Shown: positions 1-7,709, numbered from the stretch's first letter. The stretch: 64,000 nt of DNA from a virus (IMGVR_UViG_2791354873_000003:9743-73742); one strand, 5' to 3'. The notes: generated by a model from the sequence alone, not told the origin. A program made the numbers and translations.

Positions 1-311
1 ATGGGCTTCAACTCCTCGTTGATGTCCTCCCATAGGGCGTAGGTAGATTGGACGTTCTTGTACTTGTCCTTGATTGCGCCGCGCTCACGGATAACCGGAA
101 GCTCTTCCTGCATGGCGGCTAGCGCGGCATCGAACGCTTGCTGCGCCTGTTGCGCTTGGTGCTGGCGGTGCATCGCCATCAATCGCTCCATCTTGTCGAT
201 GTCTGCATTGGGCGACATTGCGACTTGCTGGATGATCTGCAGGATGGTTACCGACTCGGCAGCGATGGCCGGCGGCTGGGATTGGGTTTCGACCCTGGCT
301 ACTTGGCTCAT
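1..311 (-). CDS. erf: ERF-family ssDNA annealing protein (5' part; runs off window)
   Basis: Manual translation from ATG at 311: MSQVARVETQ...DIDKMERLMAMHRQHQAQQAQQAFDAALAAMQEELPVIRERGAIK...YALWEDINEELKP, an ERF-like N-terminus. Confidence 0.8.
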   Translation of the reverse strand, partial: MSQVARVETQSQPPAIAAESVTILQIIQQVAMSPNADIDKMERLMAMHRQHQAQQAQQAFDAALAAMQEELPVIRERGAIKDKYKNVQSTYALWEDINEELKP

Positions 312-318
312 GGCGACC

Positions 319-1449
319 TCAGAAGTTGATGGTGATGTTCGGGACTTCGCGGCGGGCGATCTTGAGCACGATGGACCTCGCCAACTCCTCGGTGATGCTC
401 AGTGACATCAGCGCGGTTTTGGCCTCGCCCATGACTTTGGTCTTGTGGGCTTGGTCGCGCTCGCGGGCTTCCTGCTGACGGAGGATCTCGGCGGCAGCGG
501 CATCGGCGCGGCGGCGTTCTTCCTGGCGCGCCTGCTCGGCTGCCTCCTCTTGCCGTCGAGCGGCGTCCTGGCGCTCCTGCTCCATTCGCTGCTCGGCCGC
601 AACGCGGTCGGCCTCGGCCTGAATCCGGGCGCGCTCGGCTTGTTCGGCTTGCAGCTTGAGTTGCAGGCGCTGGTTCTCGGCTTCGCGCTCTTGTGCGGCA
701 GCCTGGTCAAGCAGTTCCTGCTCGCGGCGGGCTGCGGCTTCACGCGCTGCCTGCTGCTCTTGGGCCACACGCTGACGCTCTGCCTCTACTGCGGCCTCCT
801 GTGCCGCTCGGGTGCGGTCCTGCTCGGCGCGCTCTTCTGCCTCGCGGCGCAGGCGGGCCAGCTCGGCCTGTTCGACGTCGTACTTCTGGCGGGCGACCAG
901 GGCGGCCTGCGCTGCATTCAGCGAAGCCTCTTTGGTCCGAGCTGCCTCAGCCTCGAATTCCTCCCACGCTTCGCCCAACTGGAACGCGGAGAGCTCGCTG
1001 AGGCGCGCCTGCAGCTGCTCGGCATCCAAGGTGCCCAGTTCGGCGGCCAGGTCCTTCATACGGTTGATTGCGTCGTTGTGGCGGTCGATCCGCGCATCCT
1101 CGGCGGCCTGCCAGTCATCCAGAGGTTTGCGCACCTCCTTCTGCCAGGATTCAAGAATGTCCCAAACCCGCTTGCGCTCAGCATCGATGCGGGCTGGCAC
1201 CTTCTTCTGCTCGGCAGACAGCTCCTTGCCCTTGTTTTCGATTGCAGTCTTGGTGCGTGCAACCTCATAGGCCATCGACGCAATTTCTTTGCGGCCTTTT
1301 ACCGTTTTCAGGTCCGGGACAACTGCCAAGAACTCGTCGATCTTGACGCGGATCTGCTGCAGCCAAGGATCAAGGCCCTTTTCAGCGCTATACACCGCCA
1401 GGGCTGTTTCCTGCGGAGGAGCGACGATCAGTTCTTTTTCTGCGGACAT
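319..1449 (-). CDS. Phage early protein with long Ala/Glu/Gln/Arg coiled coil
   Basis: ORF 319..1467, likely start MSAEKEL at 1449; VPDLKTVKGRKEIASMAYEVAR N-terminus seen in lambdoid early arms next to recombinases. Confidence 0.8.
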   Translation of the reverse strand: MSAEKELIVAPPQETALAVYSAEKGLDPWLQQIRVKIDEFLAVVPDLKTVKGRKEIASMAYEVARTKTAIENKGKELSAEQKKVPARIDAERKRVWDILESWQKEVRKPLDDWQAAEDARIDRHNDAINRMKDLAAELGTLDAEQLQARLSELSAFQLGEAWEEFEAEAARTKEASLNAAQAALVARQKYDVEQAELARLRREAEERAEQDRTRAAQEAAVEAERQRVAQEQQAAREAAARREQELLDQAAAQEREAENQRLQLKLQAEQAERARIQAEADRVAAEQRMEQERQDAARRQEEAAEQARQEERRRADAAAAEILRQQEARERDQAHKTKVMGEAKTALMSLSITEELARSIVLKIARREVPNITINF

Positions 1450-1493
1450 GCGTTTCTCCCGCGCCATCCATGCGGTGGGCGCTGATTAAGTGG

Positions 1494-1610
1494 TTACTGT
1501 GTGATGGTCCCGGCCAGGGCGCTCAGGAGGAGCCAGCCGGTGCAGAAGGTGAGGGCGATGAAGCTGCCGCGCCAGGTGGCTATGCGGCGGGCTCGCTGGT
1601 AGCTGGTCAT
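1494..1610 (-). CDS. Small single-TM phage protein
   Basis: MTSYQRARRIATWRGSFIALTFCTGWLLLSALAGTITQ; tightly packed in the early operon. Confidence 0.6.
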   Translation of the reverse strand: MTSYQRARRIATWRGSFIALTFCTGWLLLSALAGTITQ

Positions 1611-1614
1611 ATCT

Positions 1615-1836
1615 TCACCCTGGAAGATTTGGCTTAGGGATGCGCTTGAAATTCTGGACTGGCTGAAGCTTCGAAACCCCATACCAATGACACTGAGGGC
1701 GCTTGGCTATGGAGCGAAGGCTGGCAATACAGCACTCTTTGTCCATGGCGTTTCGAAATCCACCCCAGAGGTAACGCCGCAGCCTTTTGTTGAACTCGAT
1801 GAGGTCAAGATTGCTGTGGAAGTAGCGTTCGCTCAT
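1615..1836 (-). CDS. Hypothetical phage protein
   Basis: 73-aa ORF with ATGA overlap to the upstream gene. Confidence 0.5.
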   Translation of the reverse strand: MSERYFHSNLDLIEFNKRLRRYLWGGFRNAMDKECCIASLRSIAKRPQCHWYGVSKLQPVQNFKRIPKPNLPG

Positions 1837-2054
1837 GCCCGCACCTCATACCCGACCGTCCACTCGCCGCACATCCACCAGCTGCGGGTGACTGCCTCGG
1901 GATTCTCGATGAAAGCCTCAGCTGCGGCTCTCTTGGCATCGAACAGCGTCGGCCCTTTGAACAGCATCAGCACCCGGTCGGCCGGCATAGCCTTGGCCTC
2001 GGGCAGTTCGGCTATCTGCTCATCGATAATCGTCGTGATCAGTGGCGTCGTCAT
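1833..2054 (-). CDS. Hypothetical phage early protein
   Basis: MTTPLITTIIDEQIAELPEA...; 4-nt overlaps with neighbours. Confidence 0.75.
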   Translation of the reverse strand: MTTPLITTIIDEQIAELPEAKAMPADRVLMLFKGPTLFDAKRAAAEAFIENPEAVTRSWWMCGEWTVGYEVRA

Positions 2055-2254
2055 GCTGCCTCCTTGCGCCGTTCGGCAATACGCCGGATGCGCTCGCAGT
2101 AGTGTTTGAACTCGTTGGAGTCGATGGCCAAGAGAGAGAAGTAGGCGACCACCAGTGTCTCGGCTTTGGCATCCTCCACCGGGCCAGAGCCCGGGAGAAG
2201 CATCGTTTCGATTGCGGCCTCTATGGCGCTGACTGCCAAGCTGTGAGGGCTCAT
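2051..2254 (-). CDS. Hypothetical phage early protein
   Basis: MSPHSLAVSAIEAAIETMLLPG...; 4-nt overlaps; GAGG SD. Confidence 0.75.
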   Translation of the reverse strand: MSPHSLAVSAIEAAIETMLLPGSGPVEDAKAETLVVAYFSLLAIDSNEFKHYCERIRRIAERRKEAA

Positions 2255-2664
2255 AGCGCCTCCTCGGCCTGGGCCAGCACTCCCTCTTTCGCGAAGGGCT
2301 TGAGCAGCGTCCTGGCGATCTCCTGCAGCATGGATTCAGGGTTTGGCACGTTGATAGCCTCGTCTGCTGCGGCTGCCGCGTCGCCCGATGATTTACAGCG
2401 CGCGGCCAGGACCAGGCGGCCCAGGACCGAGCCGCTTATGCCTGACTGGCCCAGCTGGCCCATCACAAACTCATCAACCGCCTGAGCGAAGCGCTCGAAG
2501 GTGACGCCCTGCTGCGGCCGCAGGCGGCGCTGAAACACGAAGTCGCGGCGCGCCATCAGCTCAGCGATGCCGTCGTCGATCCAGCGTTCCTCGGGCGAGC
2601 TTTCACTCACCGCCGGAGGCATCCGGTTGTCGTACTCAAACTGTGCTGCTCGAAGTGCGCCCAT
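2251..2664 (-). CDS. Hypothetical phage early protein
   Basis: Start MGALRAAQFEYDNRMPP at 2664 preceded by AGGAGG SD. Confidence 0.8.
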   Translation of the reverse strand: MGALRAAQFEYDNRMPPAVSESSPEERWIDDGIAELMARRDFVFQRRLRPQQGVTFERFAQAVDEFVMGQLGQSGISGSVLGRLVLAARCKSSGDAAAAADEAINVPNPESMLQEIARTLLKPFAKEGVLAQAEEAL

Positions 2665-2967
2665 GGCGTCCTCCTGGGGGTTGTGCGGCCGCATTGGTCG
2701 GGCACCAGGCGCAGTGACCAAACTGGGCGTGAAAAGCCAGCCTGGCGCCTGCCAATGCGGTCGTATTTGAAGGGAAGGGGGTGCTGGGTGTATCGGTGAA
2801 GCTTCTGGTCGCCTTATCTTGCTGCCCAGTTGCGGCTTCCGGTTGCCACACCGGTTATGTTTGCTTGGGCATCGCAGAGGAGATTGCGCAGAAGCTTCCC
2901 GATCCACCCTGCGATGGGGAGCAGGGCATCGGGCAGTTAACGTCAGGGCTGACGTGGCGCTGGTTTT

Positions 2968-3117
2968 CTACTTAGTCCGAGCCTCAGCCATCCAGTCGTC
3001 GCGACTGATTCGGCAGTGAAGGACCAGGCTCCATTGGCGAGTTTTCCGAGCTCTGATCAGCTCCCGATTTTGATAACGAGCGTGACGAACGCAGCCTTGC
3101 TTGGATACTCCAGTCAT
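2968..3117 (-). CDS. Possible small basic protein (49 aa) in the pL leader
   Basis: MTGVSKQGCVRHARYQNRELIRARKTRQW...; weak SD; lies between hairpins. Confidence 0.35.
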   Translation of the reverse strand: MTGVSKQGCVRHARYQNRELIRARKTRQWSLVLHCRISRDDWMAEARTK

Positions 3118-3718
3118 CGTCTTGCTTTCCAGGGCGGTTGATTTCCCAGATGCCACTCGCTGAATGGCACCTGGTGAAATCCCGGCCTCGCTACTGGCGA
3201 CAGGCCGGGGCATTGCGTCAGCGGTGTCTTTGCCGGTTACGTTTCCGGCGCTGAAGCCAACAGCCGTTCGGATCAGGATCGCCATCAAGGCCTGCTGGCT
3301 AACGGGGCTGGCGGCACACCAGCGCACTCCGCGACCGATATTCTCTCGTCGGTCAAAGCGCCTGGCTCTGTAGCGGCCAGGTAGGCTGTCGCTCGGCGAC
3401 GGTTAGTTACTTCCACATGTCGACGCCCTCCATTGCACGCTCACTGGGAAGGCAGTGGCCACCTATCAGAATTGGTGTTTCTCCCATTACCGCCGGGTTG
3501 GCGGGGCGCATTGCATGCCCGGGTCGTTCTCGCGGTTAAGGCATTTCGCCTTCGTCAGCCGTGCAGGGTGTTCCTGCCGTGGGCAGCCTTTCGGGGCTGT
3601 CTGATCGCCGGTCGCCGGTAGAGGCAATGCGGTCTGTTGGTTGTTGCGCTGGTTGTTAAAGAGCGGTCGGCTTGAGGGCCTGTCGAGGGGCTGTGTAGCT
3701 TGCCGTCTCGATGGGGTG

Positions 3719-3760
3719 AATATAGGAGATCCTATTTTAGCAGTCAATAGGTGTTCCTAT
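3719..3760 (-). promoter_or_regulatory. pL promoter with two repressor operators (OL)
   Basis: Minus strand TTGACT (3747-3742), 17 bp, TATATT (3724-3719); palindromes ATAGGAGATCCTAT 3722-3735 and ATAGGTGTTCCTAT 3747-3760. Confidence 0.85.
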
Positions 3761-3777
3761 ATTTTTTACCAGCCCAC

Positions 3778-3801
3778 AAAAAAGCCCGCGCTAGGCGGGC
3801 T
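3778..3801 (-). terminator. Intrinsic terminator ending the cI-linked operon
   Basis: Minus strand AGCCCGC-ctagc-GCGGGCT followed by a T run. Confidence 0.75.
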
Positions 3802-3820
3802 CGTCTGGGTGTCGTGACTT

Positions 3821-4246
3821 CTACATAGAATCGATCTGTGCGTTCAGCTGATTTGCTGAGTGCTCATATAGGCGTCGGTAGGCGTCGCGATCGTCATCAA
3901 TCAGGTGATCCAGATAACCGAGCCACGACGCGTACATAGCGGCCAGCTCTGTTTTGAGCTGCGGCAGGCGATCGGCCTCAGCCTTGTACAAGGCTTTTCC
4001 TTTACTCTTGGCGTCATCTACACAGACCCTGACCACATCTAAGCGTTGATGGAAGGCTTTAGACCACCGCTTGCTGCCCTCGCCAAACCTTCTTTCTGCA
4101 TCCCAAACCTTTGTCTCTTGCTCAATCGCATCAATGCTGCAGATGGCGGGGAGGCCGGTCATTTTTTCGATATACGTCGGCTCAGCGGAGACCAGGGTTG
4201 ACCACAGAAGAGAAGTGAACAGACTAGCTAGAAGGGGCTTGCGCAT
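3821..4246 (-). CDS. Exported protein of unknown function (Sec signal peptide)
   Basis: MRKPLLASLFTSLLWSTLVSA-EPTY... signal peptide; helical mature part with two Cys. Confidence 0.8.
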   Translation of the reverse strand: MRKPLLASLFTSLLWSTLVSAEPTYIEKMTGLPAICSIDAIEQETKVWDAERRFGEGSKRWSKAFHQRLDVVRVCVDDAKSKGKALYKAEADRLPQLKTELAAMYASWLGYLDHLIDDDRDAYRRLYEHSANQLNAQIDSM

Positions 4247-4353
4247 TTTGCTCTTCCTGAGAAATCTCCATCCTACCATTCTGGCTATCAGCCATCACGC
4301 AGGCATCAAAAATCCCACGTTGACTCGTGGGCTGGTGCTCACGATAGGCTCAT

Positions 4354-5340
4354 TTACTGAACAGCTTTAGCTTTCCCTAAGCTAATATCATCCACTGCAA
4401 GCACATCAGTTCTCAGGATGCGGTCCTTTTGCTCGGACGAGTAATGGTAAAGGCGAATGGGGCTTGAATCACGGAGCGAGTCGAACAGCCTATTCACGTT
4501 CGCCTGATCGAATTTAGACAGATCGACCCGACCGGGGAAGGTGTAATCTGAGCCGGGCAGCCTCAAGGTCAATGATAGGTAATCTGGATGGCGCTTCACC
4601 ATCTCAATGTAGACATCCTCTCTGCGTTCCTTGCGACTTTTTGGGAGCGGATCCTGCGTCCTGATTTTCTCTAATTCATCAGCGTTGAAATGCTGACCTT
4701 GAATGTCCATTGACGTCGCATCAGGCGCCCCAGCCACAATCGCTCTGTAGCCCTCGGCTGCTCTGTCTTTAATAGCCACGGCTTCTGGCGGCAAGCTCTT
4801 TGACGCGAGCGCGTCGGCTAGCTTGCCAATGAGCATTGCTTGTGTATGAGATTGCCGCTCTGCACTGGCAATTTTAGCCTTCTCAAGGTCTGCTTGGTTC
4901 CATCCAGAAAAGACCATATAACCTGCAACGCAGAGCACGGCGATGATCAGCAAGGCCGTTACGTTCCCTGCGCTCATCTTGTTCATTGGCAGCGCCGAAA
5001 TAATCTTGTTGAGCGCTCCATCAAGCGGGCCTTGGCCATCGGTGCTCCCCTTCGTGATCGCTAGGACTATCTCGAGATCTGCCTTATCGGCAGCGCTTAG
5101 CTTACCAATCCACGAGGAACCATAGCGAATTTCCGCGTAGGTGCGCAGAAGCTGATCCTGAAACTCAATGAGGCCAGCCATTAATTTCGGTGTAAGGGTG
5201 CCGTTGTAACGATCACCCTCGACCTTGACGTTGAATTTTGGCCAGCCGTCGAATAGCGGAAGAGAGTCACCGAGCAAGTCTATTCGGTCCAGAGCCATTA
5301 AAAAGGACTCAGGGCTATCAACGATAACAACATCATTCAT
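4354..5340 (-). CDS. Hypothetical protein with one central TM helix, immediately downstream of cI
   Basis: Long ORF, likely start MNDVVIV (5340) or MHL (5349); TM segment VTALLIIAVLCVAGYMVFSGW. Confidence 0.85.
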   Translation of the reverse strand: MNDVVIVDSPESFLMALDRIDLLGDSLPLFDGWPKFNVKVEGDRYNGTLTPKLMAGLIEFQDQLLRTYAEIRYGSSWIGKLSAADKADLEIVLAITKGSTDGQGPLDGALNKIISALPMNKMSAGNVTALLIIAVLCVAGYMVFSGWNQADLEKAKIASAERQSHTQAMLIGKLADALASKSLPPEAVAIKDRAAEGYRAIVAGAPDATSMDIQGQHFNADELEKIRTQDPLPKSRKERREDVYIEMVKRHPDYLSLTLRLPGSDYTFPGRVDLSKFDQANVNRLFDSLRDSSPIRLYHYSSEQKDRILRTDVLAVDDISLGKAKAVQ

Positions 5341-5363
5341 CAAATGCATTCCGTGCTCGGTGG

Positions 5364-6110
5364 TCAGAAGCTCCGTCCGGTCCACCAGTAAATGATCTGC
5401 GCAAGGATCTTGATGTCATCCTCGCGCTCGCCGGGAACCTCAATCGGTGGGTACTGCCCGTTATCAGAGATGATCGTCAGCCCATCCAGGCCGCGCTGTA
5501 TCCGCTTGATCTGCAGCTTCCCGCGCATGAGGAAGAAGTAGATGGCATCGTCCTCGACGGTGGTCACCCCAGCATCGACCAGTACGGCATCCCCGCTGCG
5601 GATCGTCGGCGCCATGCTGTCGCCCCGACCCGAAATCAGCTTCAGGTTCTCCAGCTTGGTGTAGGTGAGGTTCTGCCGTACCCAGTTCGCATCCAGGCTC
5701 ATGTGCTCAACAACCATGTTGATGTCAGGCGGCTCCGAGCCCGGGCCCATGGAGCCCTCTACGTCGTAGCGGGGCACGTCCACCAGATTGCGGTAGCTTT
5801 TGATCTTCTGGGCCAGCGGGGCGGGCAGGCCTTCGATGTTGATCGTTTCATTCGACTTAGGATCATTGGACCGAGCATCGCTAGGGCCGTGGCCCTGACC
5901 CTGCTCAGTCATACTGCCCTCGCCAGTTTCTAGCCACAGTGCGCTTACGCCACAAATGCGGGCAATGCTCGCGCCAAACGTGGACGAAGCTGACTTGCCC
6001 GTCTCTAGGTCGGAGATAGATGTCTGCGTGATTCCCACGGCTTTGGATAGCTCCGCCTGGGTCAGCTTAGCGTGCTTGCGAGCGGCTTTGAGTCTTTGGC
6101 TGTAGTTCAT
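5364..6110 (-). CDS. cI: CI-like repressor (HTH_3 plus S24 autopeptidase)
   Basis: N-terminal HTH (LTQAELSKAVGITQTSISDLETG); C-terminal GRGDSMAPT and IKRIQ catalytic Ser/Lys motifs. Confidence 0.95.
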   Translation of the reverse strand: MNYSQRLKAARKHAKLTQAELSKAVGITQTSISDLETGKSASSTFGASIARICGVSALWLETGEGSMTEQGQGHGPSDARSNDPKSNETINIEGLPAPLAQKIKSYRNLVDVPRYDVEGSMGPGSEPPDINMVVEHMSLDANWVRQNLTYTKLENLKLISGRGDSMAPTIRSGDAVLVDAGVTTVEDDAIYFFLMRGKLQIKRIQRGLDGLTIISDNGQYPPIEVPGEREDDIKILAQIIYWWTGRSF

Positions 6111-6116
6111 GTGAGT

Positions 6117-6183
6117 CTTATATAGGTGGTCCGATAACCTTGCAAATAGGTGTTCCTATGTGTAGATTTATAGGAAATCCTAT
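6117..6183. promoter_or_regulatory. OR region: three operators, pR and pRM
   Basis: ATAGG-N4-CC(T/G)AT at 6122-6135, 6146-6159, 6170-6183; pR TTGCAA (6140-6145)-17-TAGATT (6163-6168); pRM TTGCAA-17-TATAAG (6122-6117) on minus strand. Confidence 0.85.
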
Positions 6184-6197
6184 AAGGAGGGTTTTCG

Positions 6198-6410
6198 ATG
6201 AGCATTTACGATCAACTTGTTGACCACTTTGGTGGGCAGGTTAAGACCGCTAAATCGTTAGGGGTCAAGCAGGGAACGGTTTCCGGATGGGTTTCTGGTC
6301 GTCATGGCATGAGCGCAGTTACGGCTCTACGGGCACAAGCTGAGACTGAGGGTCTCTTCTCGGCAGTGGAGCTTTGTCCTGCATTGGTCAGAGCTGAGAT
6401 GGTGGCCTGA
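6198..6410 (+). CDS. cro: Cro-like repressor
   Basis: 70-aa HTH (GGQVKTAKSLGVKQGTVSGWVSG) divergent from cI; AGGAGG SD. Confidence 0.9.
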   Translation: MSIYDQLVDHFGGQVKTAKSLGVKQGTVSGWVSGRHGMSAVTALRAQAETEGLFSAVELCPALVRAEMVA

Positions 6411-6412
6411 TC

Positions 6413-6724
6413 ATGTCTGAGAGCCAATTAAGCCTGAGCGAAGGCGACATCGCCCGAGAGATCGAGACCCTGATCTTGCAGCGGGTTGCACAGGTCAGCC
6501 AAAAGCGCATTGCGCTGGAAACGGGTTGCAGTGAGTCGACGGTTTCCCGCTGGAACGACGGCGAGTACCAGCGCTGGGCCAAGGTCCAGGCTATGTTGGG
6601 GCTTCGCGTTGTGCCGCAGACAGCTGTCGTCGTAACAGCTGAGTACCTGTCCGCATTGGAAACCATGGCCAGGATCGGGCTGAAGGCTGAGAAGAAGCGG
6701 CCAGGCCCGCTGGGGTGGGACTGA
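6413..6724 (+). CDS. cII: CII-family transcriptional activator
   Basis: AREIETLILQRVAQVSQKRIALETGCSESTVSRW HTH; position after cro. Confidence 0.85.
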   Translation: MSESQLSLSEGDIAREIETLILQRVAQVSQKRIALETGCSESTVSRWNDGEYQRWAKVQAMLGLRVVPQTAVVVTAEYLSALETMARIGLKAEKKRPGPLGWD

Positions 6725-6725
6725 C

Positions 6726-7709
6726 ATGCAATTCACCGTCACGATCAACCAGGCGAAGGCGCTGAACTGGGGATTGAATGCCCAGCAAGCGCTGCTGTTC
6801 GCGTTCGTCTACGAGTGCCCAAGCTGGGCCAAGTTGGTCAAGACGGACAAAGGCGATTTCTACGCCTTGAGCAAGGCGAAGATCGTCGAAGAGCTGCCAC
6901 TGCTCACCGACAAACCGGACACTGCCTATCGCCTCCTGAAAGCGATTGCTGGCGCCGGTCTGATCAATCTCTCCAGCACCAACAACATCACGCTGGTGCA
7001 GCTCACAGCAAAGGGCAAGGAGTGGAACAAGAAGCTGGACGGGTCGGAAAAATATCCGACCAAAAAAGAGAGGGTCGGAAAAAAATCCGATCCTTCACCT
7101 CGGAAAAAAATCCGAGCAGGGTCGGAAAAATCTCCGATCAAGGTCGGAAAAATATCCGAGCCTGGGTCGGAAAAATCTCCGACAAATCAGGATACCAGTA
7201 ATCAGGATACCAATCAGGGTACCAGTCACAGTGTGCAGGAGGCCCCGACTGCGCCGTCGCAACCTGCCGCGCTGACGCTGGTTTCGTCTGCCGCGCCGCG
7301 CTGCGAAATTCCAGCGGACATGCCAGGGCCGAAAGACCCGGCCTGCAAAACCTTCAAGGCCTGGGCCAACTACGCCATGGCCTACCGCAGCCGCCACGGC
7401 GCATGGCCGGTATGGAACGCCAAAGCCGGTGGGCAGATCGGGCAACTGGTAGACCGCTTGGGTGTCGATGTCGCCCACCACGTCGCGGCGTACTTCGTTC
7501 GGATCAATGACAGCAAGCTGGTCAACCGCATGCACAGCCTTGGTGACCTGCTTCAGAACGCCGAGGCCTACCACACCCAATGGGTCACCAATCGCCAGAT
7601 GACTGGCACCACTGCCCGCCAGATCGAGCAAACCCAAGCCAACGTCAGCGCCGCCGAGCAGGCGTTGCAAGCGCAGCGAGCCAAGAGGGCTGCAAGCCAT
7701 GCTGAGTGA
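6726..7709 (+). CDS. Phage replication initiator (O-like) containing the origin
   Basis: N-terminal wHTH-like region; internal GSEKSP repeats encoded by iterons. Confidence 0.85.
   Translation: MQFTVTINQAKALNWGLNAQQALLFAFVYECPSWAKLVKTDKGDFYALSKAKIVEELPLLTDKPDTAYRLLKAIAGAGLINLSSTNNITLVQLTAKGKEWNKKLDGSEKYPTKKERVGKKSDPSPRKKIRAGSEKSPIKVGKISEPGSEKSPTNQDTSNQDTNQGTSHSVQEAPTAPSQPAALTLVSSAAPRCEIPADMPGPKDPACKTFKAWANYAMAYRSRHGAWPVWNAKAGGQIGQLVDRLGVDVAHHVAAYFVRINDSKLVNRMHSLGDLLQNAEAYHTQWVTNRQMTGTTARQIEQTQANVSAAEQALQAQRAKRAASHAE
7044..7226. repeat. Replication-origin iterons
   Basis: Six 16-bp TCGGAAAAA(T/A)(A/C)TCCGA units at 7044, 7075, 7100, 7122, 7144, 7167, then three AATCAGG(A/G)TACCA repeats. Confidence 0.85.

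Noticed and set aside
445-1485. 346-aa Leu-rich plus-strand ORF
   Set aside because: Antisense shadow of the coiled-coil gene 319-1449.
2895-2945. Twister-like start (UAACUGCC...GCC)
   Set aside because: The pseudoknot-forming segments of twister are absent; the sequence folds as a simple hairpin.
2968-3327. 119-aa ORF as a single gene
   Set aside because: Its 5' half runs through strong hairpins and has no SD; only the last 49 codons are kept as a low-confidence candidate.
3530-3560. Hammerhead-like core CTGACGA...GAAA on the pL transcript
   Set aside because: Only four nt (AGGC) separate CUGACGA from GAAA, with no G-C closed stem II, and I could not build stems I and III around a cleavage triplet.
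6476-6489. TTGC-N6-TTGC, the lambda CII box, inside cII
   Set aside because: It is on the rightward strand, opposite to the orientation needed for a pRE toward cI. A minus-strand TCAG-N6-TCAG across the cII start lacks a credible -10. pRE remains unidentified.
7044-7226. CRISPR-like or DGR-like repeats
   Set aside because: Spacers are only 6-15 bp, the repeats are in-frame within a replication gene, and there is no cas or reverse-transcriptase gene in the window.
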